Assembly (NCBI GenBank): GCA_951406725.2
Contig: OX597826.1
Location: forward strand, 27,032,001 to 27,096,000
From: Octopus vulgaris
Lineage: Eukaryota
DNA length: 64,000 nt
Reading direction: 5' to 3'
Shown here: in pieces, positions 17,773 to 31,414 of the stretch
Layout: each line of letters starts with the position of its first letter
Position numbering within the stretch: position 1 is the first letter of the stretch
Program-made: the position numbers and the translations under genes
The notes under the pieces: model-generated
The model's database searches: none
The model's input: the letters and a program-made list of their open reading frames with translations, nothing else
What the model was told of the DNA's origin: nothing

Positions 17773-17938
17773 GGCCCATGTGTGGCTGTGCGGTAAGAAG
17801 CTAGTTTCCGAATGACATGGTTCCGGGTTCAGTCCCACTTCGTGACAACTTAGGCAAAAGGCTTCGACTATAGCCTCGGGCCAACCAAAGCTTTCTGAGT
17901 GGATTTGGTAGACGGAAACGGAAAGAAACCCGTCGTAT
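17773..17938 (+). mobile_element. SINE family A (5' half)
   Basis: GTGGCTGTGCGGTAAGAAGC...GGTTCCGGGTTCAGTCCCAC...CCCGTCGTA. Confidence 0.85.
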
Positions 17939-17969
17939 AGATACATACATACATTCATACATACATACA

Positions 17970-18005
<36 letters not shown>

Positions 18006-18222
18006 CATACATACATACATACATATATATACATATATATATATATATATTGCTAAAGTTAGATAAGTTGACAGGATCGATGTGCAAATTGATAGACAAC
18101 CAGTCCGACAGACGACTATACAGCTAACCACCATAGGGTCAACCCGACAGATAGAGAGCTAATCACAAAAATAAATTTACTTAGACAGATGGAAAGATAA
18201 ATAGATATATAGATAGACAGAA

Positions 18223-18273
<51 letters not shown>

Positions 18274-18282
18274 TAGAGAGAC

Positions 18283-18353
<71 letters not shown>

Positions 18354-19174
18354 CTGAGCAAAAGACAGACAGATGGGTGGATAGACAGAGAGGCAAGCAG
18401 GCAGATCGATAGATAGACAGATTAGATAGATAGATAGATAGATAAATAGATAGATTGATAGATAATTTAATGTACAATTACATAAATAAATAATATATGG
18501 ATACATTTATGCGAGATTGATGAAGTGTTTAATAAAGAGACAAATCTGTAAAAGTCTGTGTTTGAGCGGAAAAGATCTATGTAAGGAAAGTTGTAACGCC
18601 AACAAAATTAAATAGAGGTTCAGATAGGATGGTTGAGATGAGAGAAAGTATGATGTTGGGATGTAGCAATTGGGGAAGAATGACGGAGATAAAGATCAGG
18701 GAATAAACGTTACGTGGAGAATCACGTAAATAAATTGAACGATATATAGATAAAGAGATGTGTATCTGTACAGAATGAGTTTTGGGGAGAAGGAGTGAAA
18801 GAATGAAAGAAAAAGGCTAAAGTAATGGATTTATGTGCGTATGGGAGAGTGAGAGAGCGGGGAAGGATTGTGCTGGTTGATAAAAAAATGATAGACTGGT
18901 GGATTTAGAGCTGGGGAATTAGATAAAAATGAAAGAATATGTAGATAATATTAGAAAGTGAAGAATGCAAAAAAGAAAAAAAAAAAATAATGAAGGATGT
19001 ATTTGTGCCAGAGAACGGGGATTGATGCAATAAAGAGAGATAAAACAAAGCAACGGATTTCATAATTATTTATATTTACACACTCGCACACACAGACACG
19101 CACAGACAGTTATATTTACATATATATATACATGTATATATGGATATATATGTGTGTGTGTGCGTGTGTGCGTT

Positions 19175-19259
<85 letters not shown>

Positions 19260-19387
19260 GTATATGTATGCATATATATTTATATATATACATATACATA
19301 TATATAGACATATATATATACGTATATGTAAATACATGTAGATATACATGTGTATACATATATATACATATATTTAACATACTCATA

Positions 19388-19422
<35 letters not shown>

Positions 19423-19443
19423 TTATATACATATGTATATGTA

Positions 19444-19502
<59 letters not shown>

Positions 19503-19579
19503 AGACATATATATACGTATATGTAAATGCATGTAGATATACATGGGTATACATATATATACATATATTTTATATACTC

Positions 19580-19611
<32 letters not shown>

Positions 19612-19654
19612 GAAGATATATAGATATATATATGCATCTATACATATACATATA

Positions 19655-19697
<43 letters not shown>

Positions 19698-19799
19698 GAA
19701 GATATATAGATATAGATATATACATGTGTGTACGCATATATATATATATTTATATATTTTTATACATATACATATATATATATATATATAACGGAGCAT

Positions 19800-19838
<39 letters not shown>

Positions 19839-22237
19839 TATAAAGGAGCATGTGGTGTGTATCCGAGTGTCCGTGTATGTGTGCATGTTTGCATGTGTGT
19901 ACGTGTTATATATGCATCGTTCATTTATGAAGATTCAGGTTTCTAGTGGAGTTACCTGCACCTGACTTAACGTGCAAGTGGCTGAGTATTCCAGTGACTC
20001 ATGTATCCTTAACATGATTCTCAGTTAAAATCAGTTTCACGCAGTGCTTAACAGCAACGTGGATCTTTAATTATATGAATTATATGTGCAAGTCACCCTA
20101 AAGTATTCTGTGTGATTCTCATCAAGTCAGTTTCATTCAATAAGTAACGGGTCGACCCGAAGCCAAGTGTCATTTGCCGAAAACATCACGAAGTGGGACT
20201 GAACACTGTGCTCTGAGTTTTATGAAGTAAATTTTCAAAACTTTGAAACATATTTCACCAATAGACACACCAACATAGGCAGACACCCACAATCAGAAAC
20301 CGACACGAATATGCATGCACAAACACAAACACGCACATGCTGACACACACCTGCACACACTAATACATACAGGCATATACATAACTACGTACGAACCCAC
20401 AAACTTTCATACATACGTAAACTGTGTACAATAGTGGAAATCTGCTTCCCAGCGGATGTTAGCATAAAGCAAAAGATCAGCGAAGAAGAAACACCTACGC
20501 TGATGTAATAAGGAATCTACCCGGATTATAATTTCCTGTAATTATTGGGGCATTGGGGTATGTGCCGAATTACCAAACTTGAAAAATTGGACTAATCGAA
20601 ACAAGAAAATATGAAGCTGATTTGAAGACTACAGATCAAAGCTATCACTGAGATTGTAAAAACTTTCCAGGATTTTATCCTTTAAGTATATATGCGGGTG
20701 TCTAAACATGCAACTACATGCATGGGAATACATACACAAAACAAATACTGTACATATACGGCACATATACAAACATACATGTACAAATACACTGTTGATG
20801 TTGCAATTTGAATGGACGAGCCTTAGTTCTAGGATGGTAACCATCTATTTCTCTGTTGCAAGAAACCTTGCAATAAACTGAATAATAACACATACATACA
20901 ACTCATTTTTCAAAGTCAGATACGCTCTTCATAAAAGACCCAAGTGTGGTTGCTATTTCTATGAGAGTGTGCAAACACCTAGAAAACTACTTTGTTGAAA
21001 CGTAATCTTTTGCATATGATCATGATCTTCGTCCATCGACACGACGACGGCAATTATATCCTTAACGATGACTGATGGTTTACGCGGGGAATTTGTTTCA
21101 AGTGAAGATAAATGTGTACCACCAACCTCACTCTCTCGTCCATGAGAATCTTCAGCCCTATTCGAAATTCAGGCCAAAGCGACCTGGGATGTTGACAGAC
21201 AAACGGTGGATGGCCAAGATGTCTCACTTTGTCTTGTTTCTGCTCTCAACAACGAGTTTTTGCAGTCATTTTCCACTCCGTTGAAATATAAAGTCTTCTT
21301 TCACAGAGGTTACCAGGTCCAGGTACATGCATAGCTAAGTAAGGCCACATATGCTAGTTAACTCATAGTTCAGAATCTGTGAGGTGCTACTACTCCGGAT
21401 AGGAGAAGACTTGCGAACCAAAGACGCTTAAAGGTCATTCCATTCTCCTCATAAACTCGGAACTCTCGATGCAAATCCCCAATACCAGATGCAGTTTAAA
21501 ATCATATCCATAATTTTCTGTATATGACTCGGTAAAAGGCAAGACTCAAGAAAACTGACCTATTAATAGGAACTAATAAAAAAAAATGAAGTCTTCGTTT
21601 GAGGTACGGCGCTGATTAAAATTTCTGTGTAAGAATATGGATTAATATGGTGTGGGGAAATTGACGAATTGTGTCATGGTTTCTACCAATTGTACAGCTA
21701 CAGCATTCATTCTCAATTAATTCTTAGATCCGATTATAATTAATTATCATTAACTATTACTATAATGAAATATCATTAATGATATTTAGAGAATTGTGTT
21801 GTTATATTTCAGTCCTTCGTTATCCATTTCCATTTACTCAGACAGGAAAACTTCTATACGGTGGCTCAACCTGCGGACGTAGCGTAAAGTTTTTCCCTTC
21901 TGTCTGCAAATGTCGAAAGGTGGCATTGAAGGACGTTACCCTAAATATATATATATATGTATATGTATTTATATATATATATTGTGGGGGGGGGGACAAA
22001 AAAGAATTAGAGGGGAAGACAAAGTATTCACGTGATATAATTACAACGCAGATCATTATTGGCATTGATTGAGAATACACGTACATTTAATTCCATACAT
22101 ACATGGAGACACACACACACACACACACAGACAAACAGGTGCACAAAAACACATAGATTCATACGCACACGTACACATGTACATGACTCCTGTGGATATG
22201 TTAGCAGTTGTCTATGAAGGATTGACATGTCTATTTT

Positions 22238-22293
<56 letters not shown>

Positions 22294-22294
22294 A

Positions 22295-22325
<31 letters not shown>

Positions 22326-22448
22326 ACTATCTATCTATCTATAGACATATATCAATATATATATACACATATATATATACACATATATATATAAATATAT
22401 ATATATATATGTATATATATACACACACATAGACACACATATATATAT

Positions 22449-22493
<45 letters not shown>

Positions 22494-22529
22494 ATGCATG
22501 TACGTATGTACGTATGTATATATGTTGGT

Positions 22530-22728
22530 TCGTTAGTTACTGCACGCATTTTTTTTTCTCTCCTTCTTTCTCTGTTTTTTTCTCTCTGTGTATCTTTCTG
22601 TTGAAGAGCGTAGGCTCGAAACGTTAAAGACTTGTTTTATTTATATTTCCTGAGCGCCATACTAATACAATTGTTTGTTTGTTTTCCACCTGCCTTCGTC
22701 TTTTGTCTATTTTCATAAAGCTTCCCGT

Positions 22729-22730
<2 letters not shown>
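22530..22730 (+). mobile_element. Short Penelope-like (pLTR-type) repeat carrying a hammerhead fold; second copy inverted at 25278-25456
   Basis: Two homologous copies in opposite orientation, both in TA/CA tracts. Confidence 0.55.
22593..22630 (+). ncRNA. Hammerhead ribozyme-like motif, A6U core variant
   Basis: tcttt CTGTTGA a gagc-gtag-gctc GAAA cg TT aaaga: helix I tcttt/aaaga, helix II gagc/gctc, helix III AACGTT palindrome. Confidence 0.6.
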
Positions 22731-22760
<30 letters not shown>

Positions 22761-22766
22761 TATATA

Positions 22767-22890
22767 GACGTGAATATGTGGTAAGAAGCTTGCTTACCAA
22801 CAGCATGGTTTTGGGTTCAGTCACACTGCATGGCACCTCGGGCAAGTGTCTTTTACTATAGCCTCTGGCCGACCAAAGCCTTGTGAGTGA
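22767..22890 (+). mobile_element. SINE family A (5' part)
   Basis: GTGGTAAGAAGCTTGCTTACCAAC...GGCAAGTGTCTTTTACTATAGCC...GACCAAAGCCTTGTGAGTG. Confidence 0.8.
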
Positions 22891-23432
22891 ATAGTTAGAA
22901 AGTTCGCCTCGCAATTAGAAGTCTCGGTTTCGATCTCACTGCTTAGCTACCTGGACAAAAGTCTTTTACTATAGGCTCGGGTCAATAAAATGCTTATAAA
23001 AGACATCGTTAGTCGAAAACTGCCAAAAACACAGTGAGTGTAATTAAAAAGTGTCAAACACATTCTGCTTCAGATTACACTAATGCTTCAAAAAACAAAG
23101 GACCAATGGCCCTTCCCGAGCCTATGGATCATAAGACCGGTTTCCCCCGGATTCTGCGGCATATGTGGTCTCCCCGCTTTGGACAGGACGCCTCTCCGTA
23201 GTAGGGGACTGGAGCAATGCGAAACGAAGTGTTTTGCTCAACAACACACCGCACTATGCCACGCACCTCCACACATTAAGGCTACATCCGTCAGCAAAAT
23301 ACTCAGCCACATAAATGCTAATTCTGTGAGTGGAGGAGGCAGTTTAGTTCATTGAAGAACTAAACAAATATTGTCGAAAACTGTGAAGGTGTACTCTGTG
23401 TAGTCCACGCATGTGTGTATGAGAGTGTGCGT

Positions 23433-23522
<90 letters not shown>

Positions 23523-24126
23523 AACAAACAGACAGTAGGGATGGTTTAATTGGATATTAAAATATAGTATGGCGACAATTTACCCATCGAACCCTGTTTG
23601 TGTGTGTGTGTATGTGTATGTGTGTGTGTATATACGCACACACATATCTATGTTGCAATAAAGAATTTTCCGTATGTTTGATCTACAGGTCGATCAACTA
23701 AAGCTACCCGCTGGACATTTTTCTGAGGTTATTAGTAAATGACTATTCTCCAAACTTGTATACAGTAACGTAAACCTCAAGCAGGACCACCACAAGAATA
23801 TGAGTGACAAAATCAGTAATATTGAATAGTAGAGACAATCTATAATATGACGGCCCAGACTTGTTTCCGTCGAAATAATTTCCTGCACATTAGGTTAGGG
23901 TCATTGCAAGGCTATAATGTTTAAGGCATGGCTGTGTAGATAAAAACTTTGAAACCCCGTGATTTAAGTTTCAACATCACGACGCTGCACCTTGACCTCC
24001 AAAATGGTTTTTAGTATATATCCCGGTCGATAAGTGTCTTGTGAATGAATTTTGTATCGTAGATGGAAACTGTGCGGAAACGTCTTGTATCCATGTACAC
24101 ATGTATACATATGTGTATGTATGTAC

Positions 24127-24208
<82 letters not shown>

Positions 24209-24212
24209 GCAT

Positions 24213-24262
<50 letters not shown>

Positions 24263-24963
24263 GGTGCATCAGCATGGCCGCAGCTCTGAGCTGAAACCAA
24301 AAAATATATATATACATATACAGAGGGAGAGAAACAGAGAAAGATAGGAGAAGAGACAGATGGGTGTTTGTAAATCCTCACACGCACAGAAATGCACACA
24401 GCTCGAAGACGGGAGTTGGTGGCTTTATGTCGTCGGAATAGAGCTGCACAGCAAAGTCCGTTAGGGTAATTGCCAGACTTTTAAAACACTATGTACTGCG
24501 ATCGATTTCTTTCGACTAAACTGTTCAAGGCGGTGCCCCAGCATGGCTGAAGTATAAAAATAAAAAAAACAAGTAAGTGAGAAGAATTAGCAAGGGTGCC
24601 ATGTAATAGGGTAGAACGCAAGAATTCGTTTTTGCAGAGCGACACTTTTACATCGTTGACGAAAATGGCTCGTTACAAATGTACGCTGCTAGTGTCTGTT
24701 TGCGGGAAACCCGGAACTAAACTTTCTAACGTAATGAAACACATATCAGTTTTCCAATGCCCCTGCTGCTTATGCCGACAACGTGTTATAAGTTATATAA
24801 CGTTTTAGTTTACAAATTTCTGAAATTCTCCGAGTGAGGGTTAATGTGATTTTGAAGAGATCACAGGATAACTTTCTATTCGATCATAATATTTAATCTA
24901 AATATATCTTGGCTTTGAGATCGATAACAACAAAGGCATATATATATAAATCATATATATATA

Positions 24964-25244
24964 TTTCGTTTTTGGATTTGGTTTGGAAGATTCTTTATTT
25001 GAGTTCGTGTTTTGAAGCATATTCTATTGTGTCTGGGGAGAGTCAATTTCTTTTTGTGCCTTATAATTTAACATACACACCAGTAAAATTTCCTCATATT
25101 TCTTATTTTCCTAAAATTTGCGATGCGTTTTGCAACTTTTTCAATAGTCTTGACTCTGTCCTTTATTTACACTGCAGTGCAAATTTTACCGGTGAATGTG
25201 TTAAATTATAAGGCACAAAAAGAAAATGACTCTCCCCAGTCACA
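24964..25244. repeat. Fold-back element with about 64-bp inverted arms (25028-25091 / 25181-25244) and a degenerate U3:A8 hammerhead in the spacer
   Basis: Arms TGTGTCTGGGGAGAGTCA...AAAATTT / AAATTTTACC...TGACTCTCCCCAGTCACA. Minus strand 25111-25147 reads cta TTGAAAA a gttgc-aaaac-gcatc GCAA at TT tag. Confidence 0.7.
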
Positions 25245-25277
25245 TATATATAAACACATATATATATACACATATAT

Positions 25278-25456
25278 AGGGAGAATTCACAAAAAAACCC
25301 CAAAAGACGAAGACAGGTTGTGTAGACAACAAACAGATTTATTAGTATAACGCTCGGGAAGTGAAAAAGTATTTAATGTTTCGAGCCTACGCTCATCCAC
25401 AGAAAGGAACACAGAAAGAAGCAATGAGAGAAAATAAAAACGTGTAGTGGCTAGCG
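25278..25456 (-). mobile_element. Second copy of the 22530 element, with A6U hammerhead-like motif
   Basis: Minus strand: ccttt CTGTGGA t gagc-gtag-gctc GAAA ca TT aaata. Confidence 0.6.
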
Positions 25457-25458
25457 AT

Positions 25459-25523
<65 letters not shown>

Positions 25524-25533
25524 CATACATACA

Positions 25534-25577
<44 letters not shown>

Positions 25578-25587
25578 TGTATGTATG

Positions 25588-25676
<89 letters not shown>

Positions 25677-25718
25677 ATACATACATATGTAGAAGGTTGA
25701 AAAGAAAGGTACGGGTTG

Positions 25719-26102
25719 TTATATATGGAAAAAAATCTAGGTAGGAAATGCTAAAATAATTTTATAAAAAACATTTCAGTAACGGTTTCAGTCATTGAGA
25801 CTTTTTCAACTGTAAGTACGGAAAACAATTAAATTTTGGAAGCATTAAAAGAAAATTTTTTTTCGAGGCCGAACCGACAAGAGTAAACAAGAGAGACCGA
25901 GACAGAGAGAAACAAGGAAAATGCCCCTTGTATTTGAATGCTATACAAATATTCTTTAAAAAAATACTTTCTTTAAATTTTTCCAAAATTTAATTGTTTT
26001 CCATACTTCTGGTTGAAAAATTCTCAATGACTGCAACCGTTACTGAAATGTGATTTATAAAATTATTTTAGCATTTTCTTCCTTGATTTTCCCCATATAT
26101 AA
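25719..26102. repeat. Fold-back element (arms about 25719-25842 / 25979-26102), Penelope-like unit plus inverted partial copy
   Basis: Arms are imperfect reverse complements; spacer plus right arm recur as a single inverted unit at 43590-43818. Confidence 0.8.
25777..25812 (-). ncRNA. Hammerhead ribozyme-like motif, U3:A8 covariant core
   Basis: cag TTGAAAA agtc-tcaat-gact GAAA ccgt TA ctg. Confidence 0.7.
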
Positions 26103-26196
26103 TATCATATATATATATACACACATACATACATACATGCATACATACATATATATATATGCATACATACATGCATACATACATACATACATACAC

Positions 26197-26239
<43 letters not shown>

Positions 26240-26836
26240 CTCATATCGAGCAAACTTTGATAGGCAGTCTCATCACCATATTTGTCACTTTCGGTGCAAG
26301 ATAGAGTCTTAGTAGTAAAACAACCTGAGCAATTATACAACATGAGTATTACATCATTTCCATTGACGAAATCTCTTTGTATATTCTCTATATCCATATC
26401 CATTATTATGACCGGGTTCCAATCCGGGCCGCAGCAACACAATCCACCCGTCACACTTCTCGGGCCATCATCATTGCCTCGAACTCATCACATACACTCG
26501 AGGCCAGCGTCTGCAGTCAAGTTTTTGACGTGAGTATTATGACGTTTATCGTCTCATTACATCACCACGAAGTGGGTTCCACATGACTCGTTTCCATGCT
26601 TCCAGTTCACTATGGAGGACATTTATATAGACATGTAGTGGTATTTAGAAAAAAATATGTATGAAGTCCGACACAAGACTGCTCTAATCTAAATCGTATA
26701 TTGCACGGTAACGAATTAACGTAAAAGAAGTTATTTTTGAAATATTTCTTCGTGGATATATAAATGGGACATTGTTTAAACAGCGAAGAAATATCACATG
26801 AAACATATCTAAAAGAACGCTTATTAACTCACTCTT

Positions 26837-26895
<59 letters not shown>

Positions 26896-27212
26896 TACGC
26901 GCGCATACACACATATCTTTTTTCTTTTTCTTGTTTCGATCCTTCGGTTACGGCCAAACTGCAGCATCGGCCCTGAAGGATTTTAGTCGAACCAAACGAC
27001 TATTTTCTTTTAGGCCTCAAACTCATATATTTTAATAATTAGATGACAACTGCTGCCGTTTAGAAGTCTTCGGCGCAAAGTGTGTCTAAGCGTTCTATTT
27101 CTTCATTGCCTTACTAGGGGAATGCTGTGACCTCGGTCCTTTTATGCTCGTGCAAACAGGGTAACAGTCCCCCTCGGAGTCCTAGGACTCGAGACAGTAA
27201 TGACCAGCGGTT

Positions 27213-27550
27213 GATAATGATGATGATGATGAGGAGGAGGAGGAGGAGGAGGAAGAAGAAGAGTGGGAGTACAATGACGATGATGATGAAGAAGAGGAGG
27301 AAGCAGGGGAGGAGGAGACGGAGGAGGAGGAGGAGGAGGAAGCAGGGGAGGACAATGATGATGATGACGACGACAACGATGATGATGGTGACAATGACGA
27401 CGATGACAACGATGACAGCGACGATGACGACGACGACGATGACGACAACGGCGATGAAAACAACGACGACGACAATAATGATCACGATCATGATCGTAAT
27501 AATGACCACGAAAACAACGATGAGGATGATGATGACTACGACGATGATGA
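27213..27550. repeat. Degenerate trinucleotide repeat (GAT/GAG/GAC)n
   Basis: Direct reading; explains the poly-R/M/T and poly-S ORFs. Confidence 0.9.
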
Positions 27551-28438
27551 GCCCCTAAATGTGTGGCCTTATGAAAATGCTAAAATTTATATCTCGGTAT
27601 ATTGATAAATAGATAATTAGATAGATGGCAACTATGGAAGATCTATTAGAATTATTTATCTACTTAGGGTTATATTTATATTTATTATATTTATATCTTT
27701 CTTGTTCTCGTTTGAAGAGACCACCCTTTATAGTTATATTTCACTGCCATGCTAGAGACGATTCGACCGGAAGAGGAAGTAACATTCATTTATAAACAAC
27801 CTAGCTTTCTCTTCTTCTTCTTCTGTGCTGACAGTGTGCTGTTTAGGCATTAAGACAGCTAGACCAGATTAGCGTCAGTGGGTACTGGATATTTAGTACA
27901 CCTAGAAAGAAATAATAGGCATGTGTGTTGGCTATTAGTGCATGTGTGGGGGTGCTGTGCGTGCCCATGTATATGTAAGCGTGTTTGATTCAGTAACCAT
28001 ATGTACATGTATGTGAGCTGTTAATATACTGTGTTTATCTAAGTAATCGCTTTGCCATGCACACATTCATTTCGTTCCGTTTGCAGACTGAAAACTTACA
28101 CAGAAGGGACGAAAATATGGAAACCAAATACACACACACATTCATACACATACAAACACGCATGCACGCACACACACATACACAGACACAAACACGCATG
28201 CACAACCAGTGTTGATTACAAAACAAGGAACAGAAGTGTGTTTCTTAATTATATATTAGCGGCGAATGAGGAAATGAAACTGAGAGACACGTATTAAGGA
28301 CAACTGAGCAACATAAACATATATATATATGTACATATATACACACATACATATGGATAGAGAGAGATAGACAGACAGACAGACGGACGGACGGACAGAT
28401 AGATAGATAGGTAGATAGAATAATAGACACATGGATGG

Positions 28439-28507
<69 letters not shown>

Positions 28508-28560
28508 GGATGGATGGATAGATAGATAGATAGATGGATGGATGGATAGATGGATAGATA

Positions 28561-28800
28561 TGTTATTAGCCAAACACGGCTGAACACAGAAGGGACAAAT
28601 TACAAAGTAGAGCTTTTCTTTTTGGGGAGAAAAATTTTTTTTTTATTTTAAAGAGAGTAAAAATTTTTAAAAATGAAAAAAGAAACGGGGTAAGTTTTCG
28701 ATCAAAAGGGATCGTAAAAAAGAAAAAAACCCGATCAATAGGCATCGTGTATCACAGAAATATCATGATGTAAAGAGGGAAACAGATAAGGTTTATCCGA
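28561..28800 (-). mobile_element. 3'-terminal fragment of the Tx1-like LINE in (GATA)n
   Basis: TTATTAGCCAAACACGGCTGAACACAGAAGGGACAAATTACAAAGTAGAGCTTTTC...GTTTATCCG matches 8580-8838; GATA tracts on both sides. Confidence 0.85.
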
Positions 28801-28801
28801 G

Positions 28802-28872
<71 letters not shown>

Positions 28873-29351
28873 AGCCTTTCTTTGAGAAGCTTCTCTTGGA
28901 CTAAATATTACAGCTAGTTTTGTTTCACAGCTGTATATATATTACAAATGTCCTATACACTGATATTTTAATCCATTACCGTATGAATTAAATTCTAGTC
29001 TGGCTCAGCCGTTGTACAATCAGTAAATGTTTCGGTTACCGATTTCTATATAATAAGAAGCATTTTCAGTTTAGTTCAAAACGTCAGGTGAATTTGTCCT
29101 TGAGGAGACTAAATACAGTCGAAAGAATACGTCTGACAATTCACCAGCTCTCCCTGTTTTAAGTCACAACTCTCCTTGGCAAATTTCTCTGAAACGAAAT
29201 GTATCTGCTGCTGACGGTCCACGGTTGTAGGCAACTTATAAATATTATAGATGCCGGTAGATAATAAAAAGCGAACAACAACAATAACAATAATAACATT
29301 AAAAACAACAATAAAAACAACAATAATAATAACAATAATAACAACAATAAT

Positions 29352-29789
29352 ATCCAAACAGATCAATTGCTAGTGCGTAACAGACCGGACCTAGTGGTCG
29401 TCAACAAGGTGCCCCACATATTCTACATAGTGTACGTTGCAAGCCCCATTGAACCACGAATAGTCATGTAGGAAGCCGAAAAGATAGAAACAGCCCTCAT
29501 AAACGCGATATGGCCCGGCTATGGAAAGTGAAGAAGATGAAGATAGTAGCAATTATTCTTGGGTCCTTAGGAACAGTATCAGAAAGGATCAAGGGGAATA
29601 TAAAGGAAAAAATGGAAAGGCGTGCCCAGTAGAACTGTTAAAAAAGTTTTGTCTCTTTGGCACGGCGAGACTATTCAGGAAAGCATTAGATAGCTGAAAA
29701 GAACGAATAGCATGGTACCGTAGGCTGCAGGTAGTAAGAACGCTATGCATGCAAGATTCAAGGAGCTCCAACAAAACCTGTGATAAAGA

Positions 29790-29790
<1 letters not shown>
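29352..29790 (+). mobile_element. R4/Dong-type non-LTR retrotransposon 3' end (restriction-like endonuclease domain remnant)
   Basis: IQTDQLLVRNRPDLVVVNK...YVASP...EAEKI...ARLWKVKKMKIVAIILGSLGTV...LKKFCLFGTARLFRKALDS* (stop at 29695-29697). Flanked by AAT/AAC repeats on the left and (TAA)n on the right. Confidence 0.85.
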
Positions 29791-29975
<185 letters not shown>

Positions 29976-30032
29976 TGAGATGGACTTGCATAGCAGGTGA
30001 CTTGAGCTCGTGTGCTGAAACAAACAATTGCA

Positions 30033-30320
30033 GCTTGGAATATGTTTCTAAGCCATTCAAGAGCACAAAAATAAAACCCCTTAGATTCACTTCAACATTT
30101 CAATTTAATTCGTGTCAAAATATTTTCGTCGCTTTGAAACCGCAACTTGTTCACTGACAAAACTTCTTGTTGCATCGAAGTTTTGTCAGTGAACAGGTCG
30201 CGGTTCCAAAGCGACGAAAATATTTTGACACAAATTAAATTGAAATGTTGAAGTGAATCTGACAGTTTTTTTGTCTTTTGTGTGTGTTCTTAAATGGCTT
30301 ATAAACATTTCCCAAACTTC
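30033..30320. repeat. Palindromic element (arms about 135 bp, 10-nt loop at 30167-30176) with a hammerhead fold on both strands
   Basis: AGATTCACTTCAACATTTCAATTTAATT...CTGACAAAACTTC / GAAGTTTTGTCAG...AATTAAATTGAAATGTTGAAGTGAATCT. Confidence 0.9.
30184..30230 (+). ncRNA. Hammerhead ribozyme-like motif, G3:C8 covariant core
   Basis: tgtca GTGAACA g gtcgc-ggttccaaa-gcgac GAAA atat TT tgaca; mirror copy on the minus strand at about 30113-30159. Confidence 0.72.
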
Positions 30321-30824
30321 AATAATAATAATATTAATGCGTTAACAGTCACATTTACACACAGAGACAAAGATAAACTTGTATCAAGAACAATCTTAGT
30401 ATGAGGTTCTGAAGTATGTGGTTACAATCCTTATTACTTTCAAACATATCGCTACCCCGATGTCATCTAAAAGGGTAGAGTTTATAAGCTCAGGCATTAA
30501 TGTTAGCGGTGGATGAAAATTTTAAGTTTCTAACCGAGGAAATTTAGAATACACTCTCGCTCTGAGGTTGATGCGTCAGCTGTACTCTGGTGCCTATGGT
30601 TCAGTAAACGTACACATACATACACACGTACATACACACATACATACACACATACATGCAAACACATACGCTTACTCACATAGTTATGTTGATAAATCTT
30701 TATGTTGCATACATTTGTGGAAATCCTCTCTCTCTCTCTCACTTCCTCTCTTTCTCGCATTCCCCCTTCCTTTCTCTCTCTCGCCCTATCTCTTTCTATA
30801 TCTATATTTTTTCTCTCTGTCTCG

Positions 30825-30868
<44 letters not shown>

Positions 30869-30945
30869 AATCTGTGTCTGTCTGTCTATCTATCTACCTA
30901 CCTACCTACCTACCTATCTCTCTGTATATCTGTCTACCGATATGC

Positions 30946-30977
<32 letters not shown>

Positions 30978-31337
30978 ATGTGTATGCGTGTGCTTGTGGG
31001 TGTTTGTGCGTGTGTGTGTGCGCGCGTGTGTGTATATGTGCATGTATGTATATGACCACCGTTATTATCACAAACAGGCGTCTCCGAATTCACTTTATAT
31101 TTCTCCCCACAAACCAGAAAGAAAGGATTTTCTCACGTACGCCATGTTTATATAAGCTGCACTGCAGTATGGCTGACTCTGCTCTCTTTCTGCATTAATA
31201 CATATATCATAAGCGTTCCCCTTTTTAAAAACAAAGTTTTATTTATTAACATACAAAGCCCTATTGTACCTAACCTGGAAAGAAGAGTGCAACATAATTA
31301 TATAACAACAGGGTTTATTACTAGGAACTAAGCACTC

Positions 31338-31414
<77 letters not shown>

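Noticed and set aside
20900-21700. Faint mariner-like peptides (KRPGMLT)
   Set aside because: Too degraded to define boundaries or TIRs.
27127-27558. Arg/Met/Thr-rich 143-aa ORF (protamine-like)
   Set aside because: It is a degenerate trinucleotide repeat open in several frames on both strands.
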